Part shown: one piece after another, positions 38,340 through 49,965 of the stretch | How the letters are laid out: each line of letters begins with the position of its first letter | Numbering within the stretch: the first letter of the stretch is position 1 | NCBI GenBank assembly: GCA_964016885.1 | Contig: CAXHJY010001118.1 | Span: 16,077 to 80,076, forward strand | DNA: 64,000 nucleotides | Reading direction: 5' to 3' | Source of the DNA: Eledone cirrhosa | Lineage: Eukaryota | Program-made: the position numbers and the translations under genes | Notes under the pieces: model-generated | Databases searched by the model: none | What the model saw: only the letters and a program-made list of their open reading frames with translations | What the model was told of the DNA's origin: nothing

Positions 38340-38685
38340 TTGATTCCTCTGAAGGGTCTTTGGAGTAACATTACTCAATAGAGATCAGAGAGACACTCCA
38401 GATAGAGCTGCTACTTCTCTGAATTGAGAGATCACAGCTCTGATACAATAGGCATGTGGTTAGAATGTCTCAGGAAAGAATCGCTGGACTGATTTTATGG
38501 GCAAAACCAACCGGCAAGAGACCCAGAGGCCTGAGCATGATGGTTGAATAACATCCATGAGCTTGGGGATGTAGCTAGATCAGTTGGAGACGGTTGCTTC
38601 TGACAGGACCTGCTGGAAGGGGTGTTTGAGGACTCTACTCCCACAACCCTCTCAGGAATAAGTGGGTGAAGAAGAAGAGGAAGAT
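38340..38685 (+). mobile_element. RTE-like LINE 3' fragment with (GAA)n tail
   Basis: IERSQL..HVVRMSQERIA..KPTGKRPRG; the same 3' end occurs inverted at ~8830-8895. Confidence 0.65.
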
Positions 38686-38744
38686 ATGATTTTATTTATA
38701 TACCCACCATCTGTATTATAAGCTTTGCAGTGAATTTTCTCAAT

Positions 38745-39126
38745 CATCATCATCATCATTTTATGTCCACTTTTCCCTGCTTGCAAGGGTGGGGCGGGAA
38801 CTGATTCTGGCTTGATTTCTACAGCTGGATGCCCTTCCTAACACCAACCTCATTTACAGTGAGTACTGGGTGCCTTTTTGCCGTGGCACCTCCACGACCA
38901 CTTTACAGTGTGTGTTGGGTGCTTTTTTGCCGTGGCACCTCCACGACCACTTTACAGTGGAATGATATGGACCCCAGTCCCTATCATCTCATTTCTACAG
39001 CTGAGTAAACTGGAGCAATGTGAAATAAAGTATCTTGCTCAAGGAAACAACACATCACCCGGTCTGAGGATTGAACTCACAACCTTTCGATTGCAAGGCC
39101 AATGCTCTAACCACTAAGCCATGTGT
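38745..39126 (-). mobile_element. tRNA-derived SINE family B with RTE-like tail, flanked by a 96-bp direct repeat
   Basis: Head tggcttagtggttagagcattggccttgcaatcgaaaggttgtgagttcaatcc (A/B boxes); tail aggaagggcatccagctgtagaa...(GAT)n. Confidence 0.9.
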
Positions 39127-41935
39127 CTCTCAGGAATAAGTGGGTGAAGAAGAAGAGGAAGATGTGATTTTATTTATATACCCACCATCTGTATTATAAG
39201 CTTTGCAGTGAATTTTCTCAATGTATCCAATATTTTAAATGACAGGTTCATCACACAATATTTTTACATGTAATGTTTCTCATGTTTCTTAGTTAAATAT
39301 GTTTGATTTGCTAAAAACCACATCATGTATCATGAGAACAAGTAGATCAACCACATGTTAGTATTTCAGTGAAAGGAAAGGAGATGGGAGGTGCATATTC
39401 TACACCACTGCCTAGGCAGTATATCTCAGCTGCACCTTGCAGATAAGATAGCTAAACCATTGCCATGGAGAACAGCGAATGATAACTAGTGCATCAGCCA
39501 CTCACCTCACAGGGCTGCTTTCTCTGGTGGGATACACTTCTCTCAATTTTGCAGAGGAAAATGGCAGTCCTGGGACTGAGGACATTGGAAGTCTTGATGA
39601 CAACTGGCATGAAGTATAGTCTACTCCTCCCTTTGTCCTTTTTTTCATTATTTTATATACATTTTTCTTTCTTCATGTCTATTATGTAAAATATTTATGT
39701 CAGTAAAATTCAGATTTGTTTAGAATATAAAACACATTTAATGTCTATCATAGTTGAGAATATCCAACTAACACATTCCAACAGTATAAAAATAGAATAT
39801 AAAACAATTGCGGAATACATATATATATATTTAAAACTCTCAAGAATATCTCTTATCTGTAATTAAAATAGAAATGTACTTTTACAGATGTAAAATATAA
39901 TATACAACTAAATATTTTGTTGATGCTATTTGATAATGAGTTATTTATTCATTATATATTATACTTTGTGAACAATAGCACCATTGGTTACAGGTTATTA
40001 TGGGCTAATCAATAGTTTGCTGTATAAATGATGGTGAAAGTGACAAAGGAGTGTCTGTTCAACTTGAGCAGAACAAATACTGAATTATCAGTTTTCTCAA
40101 TAGTATACATTGGCAAAAGATACATACATATGATGGGCCTCCACATAGCAAAACCAATTGGAGATGTCCTTTATTGTAGGTTGTATTTTTTGTATTTGTT
40201 TAGTACAGTACAACTATCATAAAGTAGAAAATGGTAAAAGCCTGAATCTAAAGGATCTGATAGTGAGTTGCATCAACAAAAATTAATCTCTACTGTGCAT
40301 TTATTTGCAGTGAAGTGTGAAAAATCTTGTTTCAGAAAGTTATCTTTCTATGGAGAGAAGGTTAAGTGCTTGAAACATTGAATTTTTTACTTCATACTTC
40401 AAATCAACTTAATAATATATATTTTTTTTTATCAGGAACTTTTCTAGTATAGGATTGGCAGATTTTAATATTCAGCTGAATTTAAAGAACAAATGGTGCA
40501 TAGAATTATTTCTGAGATGTAGCATATTAAACCTTTTGATACCAAACTGCCTGAAACTGTCCATGGTTCTATGATAGAAAACTTTGTTTTAAACTTATAT
40601 TTATCTAAAAACCTTCCATCATGATTTTATGTAAGATCCTTTATGTTCCAAACTTCAGCTCAATATTGAGAAAGTGGGCTATATTATTAAATCGCTCCAA
40701 ATTGCTATCACACCGTATTTCCATTGGCTGGAGCAAAAAGGTTGTGTTTTTAGGGACAGCAGCAACCTGGTGTAGTCTTTGACTAACCCAGGCTCTGCTG
40801 CACTTCAAGCTGAGGAGGGTAAACTCTCCAAATATTGGTTGTTCTGAGACAGGTTTGCAGTCGAGCCCGTAGCAGTGGAGACTTCTGGTGTCTTGGCCCT
40901 AGAGCCACCTCTCTTTTCACCACCATCGACACGGAGTTGGCTACCTGCAGGTGTGAGCCTTGCAAGCTGGAATGGCTCTTCCAGCACATCTCCCTCACTA
41001 TCCTCCGAGGAAATGCCTTCTCTATTCTGTTTGCCGGAGTGGCCAGCCTGTGGCCCCCATTTGCTCATAATAGTGAGAGATGGAGAGAGCAGGAGAGACA
41101 GAGGCAGTGACAGTGGGTATTTGGTTCCATTGTGTTTGGACCTGGTGTATATGTATATACTTATTTATCACACCACGTTAATACTTCTATTCTCTTATCA
41201 TCATAAAAATAATTTAAGTTCCCTGGGTGACTTAGTGCATTGTGTAAAAGGAGCTTTGTTAGAAATATACCAGGCACTATACTTTTCTACAGAAGGGCAT
41301 ACTAAAATATTTCCTTAAGAATGAAATTCTGTAATCTGAGATTCTGTCATGCAGAGGACACCTGTAGTTTAACGCTTAATATCCTGGAATGTTTTTAGCA
41401 GAAATATTTTAAAATATCTTATTGATTCAAATGCTTATATTATCTATACTAGATGATAGTTCATTGTGAAAATTTGCTGTATCACAATAAAGACTTTAAT
41501 CTTTAATGTGATGCAGTCATAATGCAGTTTTGTACTTTTTAGGAATGACTTGCTAATGTAGCTTCATATGGTACAAGGTATTATGAGTTAATAAAGAGTA
41601 ACTTTAGCATGAGTAACTTGGTATGTAGCAATACTCCAAAAGTTCTATTTTTATTTTTGTTCTGCTTTAAAATATTTGTAATAAAACTTCAAATATATCC
41701 CATCAGAAAAATTAACACATAACCAATTAGAGAAAACAAAGGAGATTCAGTTGTTTGACCTGCTACAAATAATGAAAAATCTCACACAAATCACACAATA
41801 TCATTGTAAAACAAAAACAGACATTCAACAATGTAGTCCTTGATACATGTAAAAAGACAGGGTAATTACATTGGAATGCCTTTGGTCACAAGCCTGCTGG
41901 ATCAAGGTTACTTTGAGGCTAAACAATAACATTTG

Positions 41936-42118
41936 ATAATTGTTTCTCCTTTAGGCACAAGGCCAGCAATTACCCAGTGCATTACTGGTACTTTATTTTA
42001 TCGACTCTGTAAGGATGAAAGGCAAAGATAACCAAGATTTGAACTCAGAATGTAAAGGGTCATAACTATATCCTGCAAAGAATGTTGTCCGACATTTTAT
42101 CGATACTGTCAATCCACC
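41936..42118 (-). mobile_element. SINE family A
   Basis: Homologous to 13103-13292. Confidence 0.8.
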
Positions 42119-42511
42119 ATAGTACATACAATAATGTACAACTCATCAAGGGTGGATGTATAGTACATACAATAATGTACAACTCATCAAGGGTGGATGT
42201 ATAGTACATACAATAATGTACAACTCATCAAGGGTAGATGTATAGTACATACAATAATGTACAACTCATCAAGGGTGGATGTATAGTACATACAATAATG
42301 TACAACTCATCAAGGGTGGATGTATAGTACATACAATAATGTACAACTCATCAAGGGTGGATGTATAGTACATACAATAATGTACAACTCATCAAGGGTA
42401 GATGTATAGTACATACAATAATGTACAACTCATCAAGGGTGGATGTATAGTATATACAATAATGTACAACTCATCAAGGGTGGATGTATAGTACATACAA
42501 TAATGTACAAA
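42119..42511. repeat. 41-bp minisatellite (~9.5 copies) inside a CR1 3' UTR
   Basis: Unit tagtacatacaataatgtacaactcatcaagggtggatgta. Confidence 0.95.
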
Positions 42512-42860
42512 TGTCAGGAAAGTGAACAGTATATGAGTCATGATGTACACACAGACACACAGACACACTTGTGCATGTGTAGGGAGGTGGAATATCAGGT
42601 GTAGTGTTGCCGAATTTCAAATTTCGGCAAGCATGGAAGTTTTGAAGGATGCAGTGTCCCGATAGCTAACAACCATTGCAGGTAGTTTGTTCCATGCTTC
42701 ACCACCTCCGAGCATGGAAAAATGTTTCCGAAAGTCATGGGAGCTGTACTGTTTTCTGATTTTGTAAGCATGTCCATGGGTGTTAGACACATGGAATTCA
42801 AAAAGGTGCTCTGGGTTGATGGAAAGATGTCCACAGGTGTTAAAGATAAACAAGAACAAT
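42512..42860 (-). mobile_element. CR1-type LINE 3' end
   Basis: ORF 42617-42859: NTHGHAYKIRKQYSSHDFRKHFSMLGGGEAWNKLPAMVV..SFK. Confidence 0.85.
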
Positions 42861-43731
42861 AATGCTTCTATTTCAGTGATTGCATATTATGAAATGGTAA
42901 TAGCAATCTAATCCAGGTAGGTGAGTAAAAAATCGGAAAGTATGAAAGAAGTGACTTTCAAGGGGATTTTTTATGAATGAATCTAACTTATTTAGGGAGC
43001 CACAAAATATTGTTATAACACATAAATATCAGCTGTTAAACAATTAGTCATTTTCAAAACAAATTCATAGAATTCTTTTATGAAGTTTGATAATCTTTCT
43101 CAGTTCTTTATATAGAGCTGTTTTATGTTAGTTTTTGTAATTGTCAGTTGCATTATTAGTCATTCTGTTCAAATAGCTGAACAGGTTTAGACCTTTGTTG
43201 AAAATATAGCAATGTCAATTCAGACCCATTACCCACCCACACACCCACACACACAACAACAACACACTATCTTCTGTATATCACAAAGATGTGAAATATG
43301 TTTTCATGATTAGCAGATTAACATAATCAGTGATGTAACTAACACTAATCAATAATAATATTGGCTTCTTTAATTTCCATCATCTCTTGAAAAATATAGT
43401 TAACTCACTAACCAGTTGTAAGTTAAGTAGTTGACACATTTATGATGTATAAAAAAAAATGTTTCTGTGTTATTTAAAAACACTACTAAACCTTTCCCAG
43501 TCAACAAATAAGGTCATGATTTTCTTTCCTTTCTTTTCTTTTTCTTTGTTAATCATAAATGAAATTAAGATTTTTACATAAAAGAAACAAATATATATTA
43601 TTTCCCCCTTTGAAATTATATGTAATTATATAATTATTTAATTTTCTTTTGTCTTCTTTATACATGCTTTCTAATTATTCAAATGTACTTTTTCTATCAA
43701 ATACATAATGTGAACACACAGACATATATGT

Positions 43732-44163
43732 AGGCGCATGGCTTAGTGGTTAGAGCATTGGGCTTGCAATCAAAAGGTTGTGAGTTCAATTCTCGGACTG
43801 GGTGATGTGTTGTTTCCTTGAGCAAGACACTTTATTTCACATTGCTCCAGTTTACTCAGCTGGAGAAATGAGATGATAGGACTGGAGTCCCTATCATTCC
43901 ACTGCAAAGTGGTCGTGGAGGTGCCACGGCAAAAAAAGCACCCAGCCCACACTGTAAAGTGGACGTGTAGGTGCCACGGAAAAAAAGCACCCATTACTCC
44001 CTGTAAATGAGGTTGGTGTTAGGAAGGGTATCCAGCTGTAGAAATCAAACCAGAATCAGTTCCCGTATGAGCAAGACAAGGTCAGCCAACTGGACACTAC
44101 CCACAACAGGACAACCCGTGCTAGCGTGGAAGAACGGACATAAAACGGTGATGATGATGATGA
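43732..44163 (+). mobile_element. tRNA-derived SINE family B (full length)
   Basis: ggcgcatggcttagtggttagagc head, internal ~45-bp subrepeats, RTE-like tail ending aaacggtgatgatgatga. Confidence 0.9.
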
Positions 44164-44201
44164 TATATATATCTATAAATATATATATACACACACACAC
44201 A

Positions 44202-44271
44202 CAGGGTGTCCCAAAAATGTATACACATTTATTAGAATGCTATTAAAGTATGTATACATGTTTGGGACACC

Positions 44272-44274
<3 letters not shown>
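44202..44274. mobile_element. Tc1/mariner-type mini-MITE
   Basis: cagggtgtcccaaaaatgtataca ... tgtatacatgtttgggacaccctg. Confidence 0.7.
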
Positions 44275-44305
<31 letters not shown>

Positions 44306-46929
44306 CTAGCGTGGAAGATAGCCGTTAAACGATGATGATGATAATGGTGGCTGTCAACTTGCTACTAAGTATGACCACATTTTACAATCCCTTCCTCTTT
44401 CCTATTGAAGATGTAGCAGCAGCTCATTGTCATGAGCTCTAAGGTAACTTTTAAGGCCTGTTGGCTGGCCTGTAGGTACTATTGCAGATCCCACAGGTGT
44501 ATGGCACCACTATATGTTTTGTTTAATTATCATAAGTATGTGACATACTAATGTGCCTTGTTAAACCTGATTTTAACTGACAAATTTGATTAGAAGTCAG
44601 ACCCTAGAAGATGTTTGTTTGCCTCTCATGTGACTTCAAGTAATTAATCAAACCAGCTTTAGACAAGCATAATTTGACAGCAGTGGGCGCATGTTAACAT
44701 CTCCTTTGTTCCTTGTCCTAATGGAAGTTCAATTTTTTCCCTTTTGTGACCTGCAACAAAGCAACTGTACACAGAAGATGCTTTCAGCCTCCATTTTTTT
44801 ATTATTCCTGCTACTAATTGTATTCATTTCTCTAGGGTCAGATTTCAAACAATCTTTAAATCACTTTAGAGTCTTGTGCTGATGGTTTTTATGATCCATT
44901 AGCTCCCCATGCCAGAGGAATTGATGATCATTTTCCTGTGAAACATGACCAACCTATCTCAATCTAGTTTATATTAGATGTGTTGTGATGCTCAGACTCC
45001 TAGACTGCCCAAGTACATCTATACTGGGAGTATATACTCTTCCTAATTATACCCAATAAAAGTCTCAGATATTTTTCATGAAAATGTTCAAGTAGTCTCA
45101 CATGCTTTTGAAGGGCAGTACATGTTTCACATGCATAATGAAGTGTTGTAATGATAAACCTTAAAAGTACTCAACTTAGCACTTATATCTATATCCTTCT
45201 GTGATCACACTCAAGCCTCCAGCCTATCAAAAGGTACAATATTCCCTTCACTCTTATCCAAAAATAGCAAAATGTGATATTTAACTGTCTAAATAAGGCA
45301 GTTTCATGTCGCATATAAATATGGATGTTTAATAGTTAAGATTTCCAAGAAGAGGAGTGAAAATCACCCTTGTTTTAGATAAATGTATTGTGACATTGGA
45401 AGCACTTGAAAATTTATCCATACTTGCCTGCAGGTCATTTTCAAGTGCAACCAGATCAAATTCATCAGTATAGTTTTACACACATCCATGGGTGCAAAAC
45501 CTTGATCATGACATCAGTGTTGTATCTTGGAGTCACTAGGTATTTTGTGTCTTACAACATAAACCCTCATCTTGATGACCCAACCAAGGTTGATCAAGCA
45601 TCGGCCTTTGTCCAAGTGGCATTCATACTACTCATATCTAACTATTATAGCAAATGTTTTAGACCGACTTGAAGTGCAGTAAGTAAAAAAAAACATATGT
45701 CAGTATCACAGTACTGGAAAGCAATGATGGGAATTAGAGCAAAATAGATTGAAAATAGATGTGGATCATGGATGTTTCTTTGTTTTACCATATTTCCTAC
45801 AGCAAACATCACGTTATCTTAAAAAAGCAGAGACAGCATAGAGTGGATTCTTTAGTCTTGCAGAGAATAAGATAACCCCTCTAGTGGTGGTGCCACAATA
45901 AAACACACAGAGTTCAATTGGTAAGAATGGAAACAATGTAGGGTAGATAGAAGCAGTGATGGAAATTGGTTTTAGGCTGAGGCTGGAAAGGCAGGCAGCA
46001 GATGCTATAAGACCCACCACCATAAGAACTGAAGAGTAGGGAAATACTGTCCTCTTACACACCTTTCCATTTCTATCACTACAAAGGAATCTTTAATTTA
46101 GCCAAGGACATGACAACATCTCTAGTACAACAACTTCACTCTGTAAAGTGGTTGGTATTAGGAACAAAATCATGCAAAAATAAAAAGCTGCAAGCAGGCT
46201 GTAGTTCCCGGCTTATTAAGGAATACGGTAACTCTGAATAAGAACTGATTGAGACCGTGATGAACTATCCAGCTCATGCCAGCATGAAAAGCAAACATAA
46301 AATTATGATATATATACTTATCTCCCTCCCCAGAGCAGAGAGGGGTCTACAGTTGGATCTATGACTAACAACCTCTCTAATGATGGTGCCACAAAAATGC
46401 ATCAAGTATACTCCGTAAGGGTGGTTATCAACAGGAAGGGCACCCTGCTGTAGGAACCATGCCTAAAAAGGTTGAGAGAACCCTTTAGTTGTGTTAAAGA
46501 CACAACAACTTATCTAATGTTGGTGATCTACATGAGAAACGAACCCAGTACACACTGTAAAGTGGTTGGTGTAAGGAAGAGCATCCAGCCATAGAAAGCT
46601 TGCCAAACAAAGGGTTAGGAGGCCCCTTCAGTTGTATCAAGGACATGACAACCTCCCTAGTATTAGTGATCTACATGATAAACTCATCCAGTAAATGCTG
46701 TAAAGTGGTTGATTTTAGGAAGAGAATCCAACTATAGAAAGCTTACTAAACAAGGGGTTGGGAGGACCCTTTAATTTCTGTCAAAAGACACAACTTCTCC
46801 TCTGCACTCAATACAATGTATGACCCTATGTAAACAGGATGCAGACCTCTCGAATACCATGTGAGTGTTATTTAGAAGAAAGAAACTGTGCAGCTGCCTG
46901 TCATGTATTGTGTGACTGTGCTTATACAA

Positions 46930-46973
<44 letters not shown>

Positions 46974-48513
46974 CTGTTTTTGTGTGTTTACTAGTATTAC
47001 ATCACTTTATGTCAAAATGTATATTATCAATTTGATAAATATTGATAAAAGAAGTGTCAGACTGAAAGAGTTAATATGATCAACTAAAACTCTTCATGGT
47101 GGTGCTTAACTGCAGTCCAGTGACTGAAACCAGGAAAAGAATATTTATATTTTGCTCTGGAACTATGTCAGTGACCAGGTTGCAAACGGGGTGACAAAAA
47201 TTTTGACACTGGGAAATAAATAACTGTAAAGTGAATTTAACAGTCTTTATGTGCTTTTGAATGGCTAATATTACTCTTTCATGATATAATATATATGTGT
47301 GTATATACATCCTGTAAGGTGGTAAAGTGATTGGAGTTAGAAAGGGCATCCAGCCATAGAAACTTACAAAATAAAAGCATTGAAAGGCTTCTTCAGTTGT
47401 GTTGCAAAGCAAACTTCTTAACCAAACTGTTATACCAATAACTTCTGAATGTGTCGTTTCTTTAAGGCTTTTAGTGGCTTATAATATGTCATATTTTTTA
47501 ATCCCTCTATTCTGTGCACTCATAGTTGGAATTCTTTTTATTGTTGGAGTTATTGGTTTCAAAGTTGTAAGAACTTCCGACAGTTAATCCAATTTTGTTG
47601 TAGGAATGGAATCTAGGTAAACTCAAATATGTGAAGGGAATCATGGCTGTATGGTTAAGAAGTGTGAGTTCAATCTTACTGTTCAATACCTTGGGAAAGA
47701 GTTTTCTATCATAGCCTTGGATACATCAAAGCTTTGTAAGTGAAATTTGGAAGATTGCAACTGTGAAAGCACTTCAGACTACTTCTGTTTTTGAAGAGTT
47801 GACTTAATCTGTGCTCAGTTTATGAGCCCAGCCCAGAGTTTATTCTGTTGCATGCATTCATGTCAGGTCTTTCGATAACTTCTTCATTTCCTCTCACCAG
47901 TCTTAGAAACTCTGAAAGTGGTCATGAGTGCAGCTTTTTCTCGTCCGACAAAGTCATGTAAAAAGAAAAGAATCATCAGAATATCATTTAAGGAGGGTTT
48001 GGCTGTTATCTCAAGCAAGCTGGTTGACTCCATCAAGGCACTGCTGTTAGTTGAATGAATTCAGAGACTGATTGTAGCTGACTCAATTTGTGAATGAAGT
48101 GAGGTGTAGTGACTGAAATCTATAGAGAGTATTTGCACAGGCAGCGGGCATAGTTAAAGAAAGTGGGCTAGAGATATGTAGCTGTAAGTCTAAACATGTA
48201 GATTTAATATAAACAATGCTGTGTGGGATCAAGGTTTCATGGAAATTCATAAATTGATGACAGAAGGAACAAATGTTAAGTAGATTGATCATACAACACA
48301 CATATTGATATATACATAGACACACATATTGCATTCATCATGATGAGCATTTAATGTCCATTTTCCCAGCTAGCAAGGGTTGGACATGACATCACAAACA
48401 AGTCAGTATTGAAACAGAGCCTCAGACTTCCATATATATAACCCATGCAAGCGTGGAAGATGGACGTTAAACGATGATGATTAAACGATGATGATATATA
48501 TATATATATATAA

Positions 48514-49383
48514 CTTATACCACTATTGGCCGCTAAAGGTTTCTCTCTAAAATTGAAAGGCAGGCTGTATGATGCCTGCATACGAACAGCAATGTTACAT
48601 GGCAGTGAGACATGGGCATTGTGTGCAGAGGATCTGCGCAGACTGGAGAGGAACGAAGCATGCATGCTCTGCTGGATGTGTAATAGTAATATACATGAAC
48701 AGCAAAGCATAAATGAACTAAGTGAGAAATTAGGTATAAGAGGGATCAGATGCTGTTTACTCAAGAGAAGACTACGTTGGTATGGTCACGTGATGTGCAT
48801 GAAAGACGACAGCTGTATAAAAAAGTGCAGGGCGATCAAAATTGATGGAAGTTTTGGAGTAGGCAGACCCAGAAAACCTGGGACGATTTGATAAATTCCG
48901 ACCTTACACACTTACACCTCTCTAAGACAATGTCACTGGACCGAGATCTTTGGCGCTGCGCAGTAATACAGAAAACCCGCCTTGCTTAAGTACAAAGCGA
49001 AACCTACAGTCAGTTGGCACCTCTTAATCAAATATACACCTCCATCCCACTACCCCAACTCCCCCACCCCCATCAACACCACCCCTTTCTCTGTAAAGTT
49101 ATGTTAGTACCACAACATCCAGTCCTAAACAAATGAGGTCGTGTAGGTGTCACTACAAAAAAAAACACACAGTCCACGCTGTAATGTGGCCGTGTAGGTA
49201 ACACGGTAATCAGCTCTCAGTCCACACTGTAAACATGATTGGTGTTAGGAAGGGCCTCCAGCCATAGAAAACCTGCCAGTCAGTCCTATATGAGCGAGAT
49301 GACCAATCTTGCCTCACGTGGGATAATTCCTGTCTAAACTCATGCTAGCATGGAAGATAGACGTTAAACGATGATGATGATGA
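48514..49383 (+). mobile_element. RTE-PHD LINE 3' fragment
   Basis: ORF 48526-48891 closely matches the C-terminus of 7094-8647; same 3' UTR and (GAT)n tail. Confidence 0.92.
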
Positions 49384-49763
49384 TATATGGAGATATGTGT
49401 ATTCGTGTGTATGTTTATGTACGTGTGTGTGTATGTATATGTGCATACACGTGTGTATATATGTGCATACACGTGTGTATATATGTGTGTGTATGTGTTT
49501 ATATATATGCGTTTGTGTGTTCATGCGCACATATATGTATGCATGTGTGTGTGTGTATATATATATATACATTTATTTATATATGTATGTATGTGTGTTT
49601 ATATGTATAGAGTACAGCATAGAGTTAAGGCCCTTTATGTCCTGGGTACAAATCTTGCTGACTTAGCTTTGCCTTTCATGCTTATGGGGTCGATTTAATC
49701 GACTTTCCCCTCCCCACAAAATTGCTGGCCTTGTTCCTAAAGTAGAAAGAATTATTATTATCT

Positions 49764-49963
49764 TATGGTAGATTGGCAGTATCGGTAGAGGGTCGGACGC
49801 CATGCTTTGACGTATAGAGTTACAGCCCTTGCCATTCTGAGTTCAAATCCCACCGAGGTTAACTTTGCCTTTCATCCTTACGGGGTCGATAAAATAAAGT
49901 ACCAGTAATGCACTGGGTAATTGCTGGTCTTGTGTCAAAAGTAGAAACAATTATTATTATTAT
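49764..49963 (+). mobile_element. SINE family A (a partial copy precedes it at ~49620-49760)
   Basis: Homologous to 13103-13292; (ATT)n tail. Confidence 0.85.
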
Positions 49964-49965
49964 CT

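Noticed and set aside
40700-41290. GC-richer block with overlapping ORFs; possible solo LTR
   Set aside because: No recognisable domain, no clear TG...CA ends with TSD, no second copy in the window.
43732-43800. tRNA genes (also ~39060-39126, 54620-54690 and the SINE A heads)
   Set aside because: tRNA-like A/B boxes continue into SINE bodies and tails; no acceptor stem or full cloverleaf evident.
49345-49698. Cys/Val/Tyr-rich ORFs
   Set aside because: Translations of a (TG)/(TA) simple repeat.
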